From assembly GCF_000011805.1 (NCBI RefSeq), contig NC_006840.2: a stretch of DNA of 32,000 nt; one strand, 5' to 3'. Positions 1 to 8,181 of this stretch are shown one piece after another. The stretch comes from Aliivibrio fischeri ES114 (GTDB lineage: Bacteria; Pseudomonadota; Gammaproteobacteria; Enterobacterales; Vibrionaceae). How positions within the stretch are numbered: position 1 is the stretch's first letter; each line of letters opens with the position of its first letter. The translations under genes were made by a program, and so were the position numbers. The notes under the pieces were generated by a model. It saw only the letters and a list, made by a program, of their open reading frames with translations, searched no databases and was not told the origin of the DNA.

Positions 1-156
1 TCGCAAATAGGGGCGACAATTATGCCTGCTGCCCCAGGTTTTTATCATCAACCCAAATCCATTGAAGATTTAATCGATTTTATGGTAGCAAGAATTTTGG
101 ATCATTTAGGTGTAGAGCAAGGGCTTGTACCTCGCTGGGGTTATGACCATCGATAG
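1..156 (+). CDS. ubiX: Flavin prenyltransferase UbiX, C-terminal fragment (starts before window; not in ORF track)
   Basis: Frame 1 reads [51 protein letters not shown] then TAG at 154-156. This matches the UbiX C-terminal signature [29 protein letters not shown]. Confidence 0.9.
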   Translation, partial: SQIGATIMPAAPGFYHQPKSIEDLIDFMVARILDHLGVEQGLVPRWGYDHR

Positions 157-210
157 CTGCACAATAAAAGCTCTGGCTCATTAAGCTATTCACACTTACA
201 ATACGACTTC

Positions 211-309
211 TCATCGGGGAGCTTTGGCTGAGATTAATGAAGATTGGATAATGTTCATTTAAACCCGTATCACCTGAACCAGATAATGCTGGCGTAGGAA
301 TTGAGATGA
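211..309 (+). promoter_or_regulatory. TPP (THI element) riboswitch upstream of thiBPQ
   Basis: Conserved blocks GGGG (216-219), GGCTGAGAT (226-234) and ACCCGTATCACCTGAACCAGATAATGCTGGCGTAGGAA (263-300). A P1 stem can form between TCATC (211-215) and GATGA (305-309). It lies just upstream of thiB. Confidence 0.95.
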
Positions 310-370
310 CATTCTCCTATGAGTATTTCAACTCTAGCCTGTGCCGCTCAAAAGGACGAAAGAGCGCATA

Positions 371-1387
371 ATGAAAACAACAGTAACTTCACTTCCAGTT
401 AAAAAACTATCTCTCGCTATTGCATTAGCAAGCATCTCTTCTTTTTCTGTGTCCGCGTCAGAAACACTAACGGTATACACTTATGATTCATTTGCAGCGG
501 ATTGGGGGCCAGGACCTAAAGTTGAAGCGGCATTTGAAGCTAAATGTGGCTGTAATTTAGAGCTGGTTGCATTAGATGATGGCGTATCAATTTTGAATCG
601 TCTACGTCTTGAAGGAAAGAATGCTAAAGCTGATATTGTATTGGGTTTAGATAATAACTTAATGGCGGAAGCGAAAAAAACTGGGTTACTCGCTCAACAT
701 CAAATCGATACAAGTTCGGTACATTTACCTAATGGGTGGAGTGATACAACGTTTATTCCTTATGACTTTGGTTATTTTGCTTTTGTTTACAACAAGGAGA
801 AAGTAACTAATCCTCCAAAGAGCCTAAAAGAGTTGGTTGAACAGCGCAACGATTTAAAAGTTATTTATCAAGATCCTCGAACTTCAACGCCGGGGCAAGG
901 CTTATTACTCTGGATGAAATCTGTTTATGGGGATGATGCCGCTCAAGCATGGAAGCAATTATCTAAAAAAACAGTGACGGTAACAAAAGGCTGGTCAGAA
1001 GCTTATAGTATGTTTTTAGAGGGAGAGTCGGATCTCGTTTTATCTTATACAACATCGCCGGCTTACCATATTATTGCTGAAAAAGATCAACGATTTGCTG
1101 CCGCTAATTTTTCAGAAGGCCATTACACTCAAGTTGAAGTTGCGGCAAAAGTTAAATCTACAAAACACAATAAACTTGCCGACGAGTTTTTAGCATTCAT
1201 ATTAAGTGATGAGTTTCAATCTGCGATGCCAACAGGAAACTGGATGTACCCAGTAACTAAAGTTGAACTACCAAAGGGATTTGAAACATTGACGGTACCT
1301 AATAAAGCATTGTCATTTAGCTCTGAAGACATCGCACAAAAGCGTAAATCTTGGATCCGTGAATGGCAACATGCGTTAACTTTTTAA
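371..1387 (+). CDS. thiB: Thiamine/TPP ABC transporter, periplasmic binding protein
   Basis: The ORF starts at 341, but MKTTVTSLPVKKLSLAIALASISSFSVSASETLTVYTYDSFAADWGPGP starts at 371 and has a signal peptide and a ThiB-like mature N-terminus. Downstream of a TPP riboswitch and upstream of thiPQ. Confidence 0.94.
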   Translation: MKTTVTSLPVKKLSLAIALASISSFSVSASETLTVYTYDSFAADWGPGPKVEAAFEAKCGCNLELVALDDGVSILNRLRLEGKNAKADIVLGLDNNLMAEAKKTGLLAQHQIDTSSVHLPNGWSDTTFIPYDFGYFAFVYNKEKVTNPPKSLKELVEQRNDLKVIYQDPRTSTPGQGLLLWMKSVYGDDAAQAWKQLSKKTVTVTKGWSEAYSMFLEGESDLVLSYTTSPAYHIIAEKDQRFAAANFSEGHYTQVEVAAKVKSTKHNKLADEFLAFILSDEFQSAMPTGNWMYPVTKVELPKGFETLTVPNKALSFSSEDIAQKRKSWIREWQHALTF

Positions 1388-1397
1388 TTGGTGTAAT

Positions 1398-1422
1398 AAG
1401 GAGCCACTAGTGCTCCTTTATT
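1398..1422 (+). terminator. Hairpin in thiB-thiP gap (weak terminator/attenuator or mRNA-stability stem)
   Basis: AAGGAGC (1398-1404), 7-nt loop, GCTCCTT (1412-1418), followed by the T-rich ATTTTATT. Confidence 0.5.
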
Positions 1423-1428
1423 TTATTC

Positions 1429-3033
1429 ATGAAATCTCGAACTTTATTTAATTCCACGCCTTTATTCGGCTATATCGTTGCAGCCATTATTCTCTGCTTC
1501 GTTGGTGGTGCAATTAGTGCGCTTTTAATCGAATCTCCGAGTTTAGATTTACGTATTATTTGGTCTGATCCTTATTACCGCTACATCACTCAATTTAGTT
1601 TATACCAAGCATTTTTATCAACCATAATCAGTATTGGTTTGGCTATACCAACAGCCTATGCTTTATCTCGCCGTCAATTTATTGGGCGTGGATTATTACT
1701 AAAACTCTGTGCAACGACGTTAGTATTACCAGTGCTTGTGGGGGTTTTTGGTTTATTAGCTATTTATGGGAACAGTGGATTAATCGCTGATGTTTTTACT
1801 TGGTTTGGCGCATCGTTACCATTTTCGATTTATGGCCTAAATGGCATTTTATTGGCTCATGTTTTTTTTAATTTCCCTTTTGCAACTCGGCTGTTACTGC
1901 AATCATTAGATTCTATTTCCATTGAACAACATCAGTTATCTGCACACCTTGGATTAATGGGGTGGAGTAAGTATCGTCTTGTTGCATGGCCGAGAATAAA
2001 ACAGCAATTGCCACATGTTGCTGGGTTGGTCTTTATGCTTTGCTTTACGAGTTTTGCTACCGTAATGGCGCTAGGTGGTGGCCCTAAGTCCACAACAATA
2101 GAGTTAGCAATATACCAAGCAATTAAGTTTGATTTTGATTTGCAATCAGGTGCCATTTTAGCTTTATGGCAAATGTTATTATGTGGATTATTATCATTGT
2201 GTATTCAACGATTCTCAAAATCAGTTTCTGTTGATTCTGCATCGTTATCACAAGTGGTTCTATATCAAGATACCAATAAGGCAAAGTGGTGGGACAGAGC
2301 GTGGATAACGCTTTTAGGGCTTTTTATGTTACCGCCCTTATTTATGGTTGTTCTTAGTGGGCTTAATTCACAATTATTTGTTGTCATCACGTCACCGGAG
2401 TTTTGGTCTGCATTAATCAATTCTTTAATTGTTGCCTTTGGTGCCGCTGTGATTGCATTACTTCTTGGTGTTCTGCTTTTACATACAACTCGGTCTTTAC
2501 GTTTAAAACAAAAAAGATTATTAGCAGATAAGTTAGATCTGATTGGTGTGATGATTTTAGTCACGCCGGGGTTGGTAATCAGTACGGGGCTTTTTTTATT
2601 ATTAAGAAACATTACTGATGTATTTAGTATTGCTATTTGGATTGTCATCTTAGTTAATGCATTAATGGCATTACCTTATGTAATAAAAACGTTAGCTCAA
2701 CCTTTATTGCATATTGCGCAACAGTACCATTTACTGTGTGCAAGTTTGGGATTGTACGGATTGTCACGATTTCGAGTGATTGAATGGAAAGCATTAAGAA
2801 AACCTTTTGCTCATGCTTTTTCCATTGCTTTTATTATGTCTGTTGGTGATTTAAGTGCGATTGCCTTGTTTGGTAGCCAAGATTTTAGAACGCTACCACT
2901 CTATTTATTTCAATTGCTTGGCAGTTATCAGATGGAAGCGGCAGCCGTTATTTCATTGAGCCTTTTATTATTGAGTGTGGGTGTGTTTGCTGTTGTTGAA
3001 TGGCTATTTTTATCAAAGAAAAGGAAACAGTAA
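1429..3033 (+). CDS. thiP: Thiamine/TPP ABC transporter permease
   Basis: 534 aa, many TM segments, two binding-protein-dependent permease halves; sits between thiB and thiQ. Confidence 0.93.
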   Translation: MKSRTLFNSTPLFGYIVAAIILCFVGGAISALLIESPSLDLRIIWSDPYYRYITQFSLYQAFLSTIISIGLAIPTAYALSRRQFIGRGLLLKLCATTLVLPVLVGVFGLLAIYGNSGLIADVFTWFGASLPFSIYGLNGILLAHVFFNFPFATRLLLQSLDSISIEQHQLSAHLGLMGWSKYRLVAWPRIKQQLPHVAGLVFMLCFTSFATVMALGGGPKSTTIELAIYQAIKFDFDLQSGAILALWQMLLCGLLSLCIQRFSKSVSVDSASLSQVVLYQDTNKAKWWDRAWITLLGLFMLPPLFMVVLSGLNSQLFVVITSPEFWSALINSLIVAFGAAVIALLLGVLLLHTTRSLRLKQKRLLADKLDLIGVMILVTPGLVISTGLFLLLRNITDVFSIAIWIVILVNALMALPYVIKTLAQPLLHIAQQYHLLCASLGLYGLSRFRVIEWKALRKPFAHAFSIAFIMSVGDLSAIALFGSQDFRTLPLYLFQLLGSYQMEAAAVISLSLLLLSVGVFAVVEWLFLSKKRKQ

Positions 3034-3737
3034 TGCTGCGTTTTTCTGATGTGAAATATCGATATTATACTGATTTGTTTGAGTTCGATTTGAATGTAGA
3101 GCAGGGAAGCGTTGTTGCTATTTTAGGTCCTAGTGGGGCTGGTAAAAGTACCTTATTGAGCTTATTAGCAGGTTTTATTGAACCTGAAAGTGGTGATATT
3201 ACAATAAATAACGAATCACAGCTTTCACTTGCTCCTCATCAACGTCCTTTATCTATGTTATTTCAAGAGCATAACCTTTTTGCTCATTTATCTGTTGCTG
3301 AGAATATTGGCTTGGGTATTAAGCCTAATTTACGTTTAAATGAGAAAGATAAAAAACGAATTAATGATGCGGCTCGCCAAGTTGGGGTTGATGATTTGTT
3401 GCAACGTTTGCCTGAGCAGTTATCTGGAGGACAAAAGCAACGTGTAGCCTTAGCCCGATGCTTAGTTCAGCAAAAACCTGTCTTATTATTGGATGAGCCA
3501 TTTTCAGCGCTTGACCCTATCTTAAGGGAAGAAATGATTGTGTTAATTCAGGCGTTGATAAAGAGTGAAAAATTAACTGTTTTAATGGTGACCCACAGTT
3601 TACAAGATGCAAAAGCCCTTGCTTCTCATTATGCTTTTATTTGTCAGCAAAAAGTGCTGAGCCAGGGGCGTATTTCTGAATTATTTACTCAAGAAAAACC
3701 ACCAGAATTAACGCAATATTTACAAGCGGTAAAGTAA
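3033..3737 (+). CDS. thiQ: Thiamine ABC transporter ATP-binding protein
   Basis: Walker A GPSGAGKS, signature LSGGQKQR, Walker B VLLLDEPFSALD. ATG at 3033 overlaps the thiP stop (TAATG); SD AAGGAAA. Confidence 0.94.
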   Translation: MLRFSDVKYRYYTDLFEFDLNVEQGSVVAILGPSGAGKSTLLSLLAGFIEPESGDITINNESQLSLAPHQRPLSMLFQEHNLFAHLSVAENIGLGIKPNLRLNEKDKKRINDAARQVGVDDLLQRLPEQLSGGQKQRVALARCLVQQKPVLLLDEPFSALDPILREEMIVLIQALIKSEKLTVLMVTHSLQDAKALASHYAFICQQKVLSQGRISELFTQEKPPELTQYLQAVK

Positions 3738-3930
3738 ACTTTGTTTATAAAAATGCGTATAATCGACTACACTCATTTTTATAGTAAATTGGCGTGACCT
3801 GAGTGCTCTCATACAGTAACATTAGCGCCCTTTTGAGCCTTAACCTTTGCGGGTTGTCTATTCTTGGCTTTCGAAAAAATTCTCATTCCATATCTTATAA
3901 AACAAATTAATTTTGAGGTGCGTTACCACT

Positions 3931-6789
3931 ATGTCATTTGCTTTGGGACAACGTTGGATCAGTGATACAGAAAGTGATTTAGGTTTAGGTACGGTAGTGG
4001 CTGTTGATGACAGAACCGTATCATTACTTTTTGCAGCATCAGAAGAAAACCGTTTATACGCAAAACACGATGCACCCGTTACCCGAGTGATGTTCAATAA
4101 GGGAGATACCATTGAAAGCCATGAGGGCTGGTCACTTGATGTTGAAGACGTTATTGAAGAAGGTGGTTTATTAACTTATATCGGTACTCGAGTTGATACT
4201 GACGAAGCCAATGTGGTACTTCGTGAGACGTTATTGAGTCATCAAATCCGTTTTAATAAACCTCAAGATAAATTATTTGCAGGTCAAATTGATCGTATGG
4301 ATCGATTTGCTTTGCGTTTCCGTGCGCTTCAAAACCAATATGAACAACACAAAAGCCCGATGCGCGGTTTATGTGGCATGCGTGCAGGATTGATCCCTCA
4401 CCAATTATTCATTGCTCATGAAGTGGGCCGTCGTTATGCCCCACGTGTTTTATTAGCCGATGAAGTGGGCTTAGGTAAAACCATTGAAGCGGGTATGATC
4501 ATTCACCAACAGGTGCTTTCTGGTCGTGCTGAGCGCGTATTGATTGTTGTACCTGAAACACTACAACATCAGTGGTTAGTTGAAATGATGCGTCGTTTTA
4601 ACCTTCATTTTTCTATTTTTGATGAAGAGCGTTGTGTTGAAGCTTATGCCGATTCTGAAAACCCATTTGATACCGCACAATTTGTTTTATGTTCTTTAGA
4701 CTTTATTCGTAAGAGTAAGCGTCGTTTTGAGCAAGTCGTTGAAGCCGATTGGGATTTGCTAGTTGTTGATGAAGCGCATCACTTAGAGTGGAATCAAACT
4801 AAGCCTAGTCGTGAATATCAAGTTATCGAAGCGATTGCAGAAGAAACGCCAGGAGTATTACTGCTAACAGCGACACCTGAGCAATTAGGCCATGAGAGTC
4901 ACTTTGCTCGTTTACGTCTATTAGATCCTGATCGTTTTTATGATTATGACGCATTCGTAGAAGAAGAACGTCAATATCAACCTGTGGCTGATGCAGTAAC
5001 GGCATTAATGAGCGGTGAAAAACTATCAAATGATGCGAAAAACCGTATTACTGAACTGCTTTCTGAGCAAGATGTAGAGCCGCTATTTAGAATTATTGAA
5101 TCATCAGCAGCAGAAGATGAACAAGCACAAGCTCGCCAAGAGTTAGTGGATAATTTAATGGACCGTCATGGTACGGGACGTGTGTTATTCCGTAATACTC
5201 GTGCAGCTATTAAAGGTTTCCCACAGCGTAATCTTAATTTAATGCCAATGCCTTTACCATCTCAGTATGCTACGTCTATGCGTGTTGCAACCATGATGGG
5301 TGGACGTATGACGGATGAAGCTCGTGCAATGAAGATGCTTTACCCAGAAGAAATCTTCCAAGAGTTTGAAGGTGATAGTGCGACGTGGTGGCAGTTTGAC
5401 CCGCGTGTTAACTGGTTACTTGAATTACTGAAAGAAAACCGTAATGAGAAGGTGCTTATTATTGCATCTCGAGCTTCAACTGCATTACAACTTGAGCAAG
5501 CATTACGTGAGCGTGAAGGTATTCGTGGTACGGTTTTCCATGAAGGTATGTCAATTATTGAACGTGATAAAGCGGCAGCTTACTTCGCACAAGAAGAAGG
5601 CGGCGCACAGGTATTGATTTGTTCTGAGATTGGTTCTGAAGGTCGTAACTTCCAGTTTGCTAATCAACTTGTCATGTTTGATTTACCGTTTAACCCTGAC
5701 TTACTTGAGCAACGTATTGGTCGTTTGGATCGCATTGGTCAAAAACGCGATATTGAAATTCATGTTCCTTACCTACAAGGTACATCTCAAGAATTGCTTG
5801 CTCGTTGGTTTGATGAAGGTTTAAATGCATTTGGTGAAACGTGTCCAACAGGTCGTGCTGTTTATGACAAATTTGCTGATGCAATTATTGCTATCTTAGC
5901 AACAGGTAAATCTGATGGCTTAGAGTCATTAATTGAAGAGTCGGCTACATTAAATAAAGCGCTAAAATCACAATTAGAGCAAGGTCGTGACCGTTTATTA
6001 GAAGTGCATTCTAATGGTGGTGATAAAGCGAAAGAAATTGCAGAGCAAATTGCGGCAACCGACGGCGATACAAATCTTGTTAATTTTGCATTAAACCTAT
6101 TCGATACCATTGGTTTAAACCAAGATGATAAAGGTGAAAATGCCATTGTTGTCACTCCAGCGGAAAACATGTTGGTATCAAGTTACCCTGGCTTACCTTA
6201 TGAAGGTTGTACTATTACGTTTGATCGTGAAACCGCGCTTTCTCGTGAAGATATGAACTTGATCAGTTGGGAGCACCCAATGATTCAAGGTGGTATTGAT
6301 CTTGTTTTAACCGAAGGGGTAGGGGCAACAGCGGTTTCTTTATTGAAGAATAAAGCATTACCAGCAGGCACTTTATTACTGGAATTGGTTTATGTAGTAG
6401 ATGCGCAAGCTCCTAAACAGAGTGGTATTGCTCGCTTCTTACCTAAAACGCCTATTCGTATCATGATGGATGGTAAAGGTAATGATCTTTCTGCTCAGGT
6501 TGAATTTGAAAGCTTTAACCGTCAATTAAGCCCAGTTAATCGTCATATGGCGAGTAAGTTGGTTAATTCGGTTCAAAAAGAGATCCATGGATTAATCGAT
6601 AAAGCGGAAATTAGCATGGAAGAGCGTTTAGAAAGCGTTCGCACTGATGCTGAAAAAGAGATGAAAGCAGCACTTAATTCAGAGCTTGAACGTTTACAAG
6701 CTTTGAAGGCAGTCAACCCCAATATTCGTGATGAAGAGTTAACTCAAATTGGAAACTCAAATGAGCGAACTATCTGGTTATATTGGTAA
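3931..6789 (+). CDS. rapA: RNA polymerase-associated SNF2-family ATPase RapA (HepA)
   Basis: Start [28 protein letters not shown]; helicase motifs [21 protein letters not shown] (DEAH box) and [11 protein letters not shown]; about 952 aa. Confidence 0.96.
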   Translation: MSFALGQRWISDTESDLGLGTVVAVDDRTVSLLFAASEENRLYAKHDAPVTRVMFNKGDTIESHEGWSLDVEDVIEEGGLLTYIGTRVDTDEANVVLRETLLSHQIRFNKPQDKLFAGQIDRMDRFALRFRALQNQYEQHKSPMRGLCGMRAGLIPHQLFIAHEVGRRYAPRVLLADEVGLGKTIEAGMIIHQQVLSGRAERVLIVVPETLQHQWLVEMMRRFNLHFSIFDEERCVEAYADSENPFDTAQFVLCSLDFIRKSKRRFEQVVEADWDLLVVDEAHHLEWNQTKPSREYQVIEAIAEETPGVLLLTATPEQLGHESHFARLRLLDPDRFYDYDAFVEEERQYQPVADAVTALMSGEKLSNDAKNRITELLSEQDVEPLFRIIESSAAEDEQAQARQELVDNLMDRHGTGRVLFRNTRAAIKGFPQRNLNLMPMPLPSQYATSMRVATMMGGRMTDEARAMKMLYPEEIFQEFEGDSATWWQFDPRVNWLLELLKENRNEKVLIIASRASTALQLEQALREREGIRGTVFHEGMSIIERDKAAAYFAQEEGGAQVLICSEIGSEGRNFQFANQLVMFDLPFNPDLLEQRIGRLDRIGQKRDIEIHVPYLQGTSQELLARWFDEGLNAFGETCPTGRAVYDKFADAIIAILATGKSDGLESLIEESATLNKALKSQLEQGRDRLLEVHSNGGDKAKEIAEQIAATDGDTNLVNFALNLFDTIGLNQDDKGENAIVVTPAENMLVSSYPGLPYEGCTITFDRETALSREDMNLISWEHPMIQGGIDLVLTEGVGATAVSLLKNKALPAGTLLLELVYVVDAQAPKQSGIARFLPKTPIRIMMDGKGNDLSAQVEFESFNRQLSPVNRHMASKLVNSVQKEIHGLIDKAEISMEERLESVRTDAEKEMKAALNSELERLQALKAVNPNIRDEELTQIGNSNERTIWLYW

Positions 6790-6848
6790 AGCACAAGTTC
6801 AGTTAGATTCATTACGTCTAATTGTAGTGAGCCATAATTAAGTAACAT

Positions 6849-6885
6849 CATGCTCTCTGAATAATGGTATGTTTCAGAGAGCATG
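6849..6885 (+). other. Perfect 13-bp inverted repeat/hairpin in rapA-rluA gap
   Basis: CATGCTCTCTGAA (6849-6861), 11-nt loop, TTCAGAGAGCATG (6873-6885); no following T-tract. Confidence 0.75.
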
Positions 6886-6909
6886 CCTATAGTGAGTATA
6901 AGCATGGCA

Positions 6910-7641
6910 ATGCTGGAATATTTACCACCCCAAGATCCGTGGATAGACATTGTTTATCAAGACGAATCTATTTTAGTGGTAAACAAGCCATCTGGTTTAT
7001 TATCTGTACCTGGCCGAGCTCCTGAGCATTACGACAGTATGTGGAGCCGTTTAAAGGTTGAATTCCCTGATATTCAAGTTGTACATCGTTTAGATATGTC
7101 TACGTCAGGGTTAATGTTGTTTGCGATGAATAAATACAGCGAACGTCATTTAAAGAAACAGTTTCAGTACCGTCTAACGCATAAAATTTATTATGCGCGA
7201 GTATGGGGAAACATTGAGCAAGATGAAGGCGAAATTGATTTACCTTTAATTTGTGATTGGGAGAATAGACCAAAACAGAAAGTCTGTTTTGAGCATGGCA
7301 AACCTTCTCAAACTCGCTATCAAGTTGTAAGACGTGAAGAGAAAACGACGATTGTTCGGTTGCTACCGATCACTGGGCGCTCTCATCAATTACGTGTACA
7401 TATGCTATCGATTGGGCATCCGATTGTTGGGGATGAGTTTTATGCGAATGAGGAAGCGAAGAATTTCTCTTCTCGTTTGGAGTTGCATGCGGCTGAATTG
7501 AGCTTTTACCATCCAAAATCGGACTGGGTTCGCTCTATTTTTGTCCCTTGTGATTTTTATCCTGAAGCACAAGAGATGATGTTTTCTATTTATGATCCAA
7601 CAAGAAAGCTACCAGATTATAAAACATTGAAATCATCTTAA
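6910..7641 (+). CDS. rluA: Dual-specificity rRNA/tRNA pseudouridine synthase RluA
   Basis: RluA-family motif HRLDMSTSGLMLFAMNK plus LLPITGRSHQLRVHM. Preferred start MLEYLPPQDPW at 6910, since the ORF start at 6883 falls in a hairpin arm. Confidence 0.92.
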   Translation: MLEYLPPQDPWIDIVYQDESILVVNKPSGLLSVPGRAPEHYDSMWSRLKVEFPDIQVVHRLDMSTSGLMLFAMNKYSERHLKKQFQYRLTHKIYYARVWGNIEQDEGEIDLPLICDWENRPKQKVCFEHGKPSQTRYQVVRREEKTTIVRLLPITGRSHQLRVHMLSIGHPIVGDEFYANEEAKNFSSRLELHAAELSFYHPKSDWVRSIFVPCDFYPEAQEMMFSIYDPTRKLPDYKTLKSS

Positions 7642-7649
7642 TAAAAAAA

Positions 7650-7685
7650 TCAGTTCGAGATGAATGTCTCGAACTGAATCTTTTC
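7650..7685. terminator. Bidirectional Rho-independent terminator between rluA and the usp gene
   Basis: TCAGTTCGAGA (7650-7660), loop TGAATG, TCTCGAACTGA (7667-7677). T-rich on the + side (ATCTTTT) and A-run ATAAAAAAAT to the left, giving a T-run on the minus strand. Confidence 0.85.
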
Positions 7686-7692
7686 ATTATGG

Positions 7693-8130
7693 TTAGCCTT
7701 GTGGCTTTACAACCATGACATTGATTGGTGAGTTTTCAACAACTTTACTTGCCACCGAACCAAGCATCACCTTATCAATTTTTGAGCGTTTGTGACTTGG
7801 CATAACAATAAGATCAGCACCTAAGCGTTCTGCGTAATCAAGAATTGTGACATAAGGTTTTCCTTCTGACACATGAACTCTATATACGACTTCCTCATCA
7901 ACAAACTTCGCAGCAAACTTGTTTAATTGTTCGGATACATCAGCTTTCATTTGCTTTGCCGCATCTTTAGGAAAGTATGTAGAGACCATAGACATATGAA
8001 TCCCCGGCAATACATTTAAAAGATGCAGCTCTGCATTTGATTGTTTTGCATGCCAAACCGCTAATTCAACGGCTTTATCTGCAAACCCTTTTTCGTTTAA
8101 ATCTACTGGAACCAAGATCTGTTTATACAT
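7693..8130 (-). CDS. UspA-type universal stress protein linked to the TRAP transporter
   Basis: MYKQILVPVDLNEKGFADKAVELAVWHAKQ...; C-terminal LGSVASKVVENSPINVMVVKP is the Usp ATP-binding-type motif region. M at 8130 is preferred over the ORF start at 8181. Confidence 0.88.
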   Translation of the reverse strand: MYKQILVPVDLNEKGFADKAVELAVWHAKQSNAELHLLNVLPGIHMSMVSTYFPKDAAKQMKADVSEQLNKFAAKFVDEEVVYRVHVSEGKPYVTILDYAERLGADLIVMPSHKRSKIDKVMLGSVASKVVENSPINVMVVKPQG

Positions 8131-8181
8131 ATTTTTATTACCTAATTTGGGGAGATGATACTCCCCATAGATTCCATTCAA

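Noticed and set aside
2265-2648. 127-aa minus-strand ORF inside thiP
   Set aside because: Wholly antisense to thiP; no recognisable domain. Same judgement for the other overlapping short ORFs in rapA, lptD, surA and the TRAP permease.
5630-5824. Short Leu-rich plus-strand ORF within rapA
   Set aside because: Out-of-frame overlap with rapA; not independently supported.
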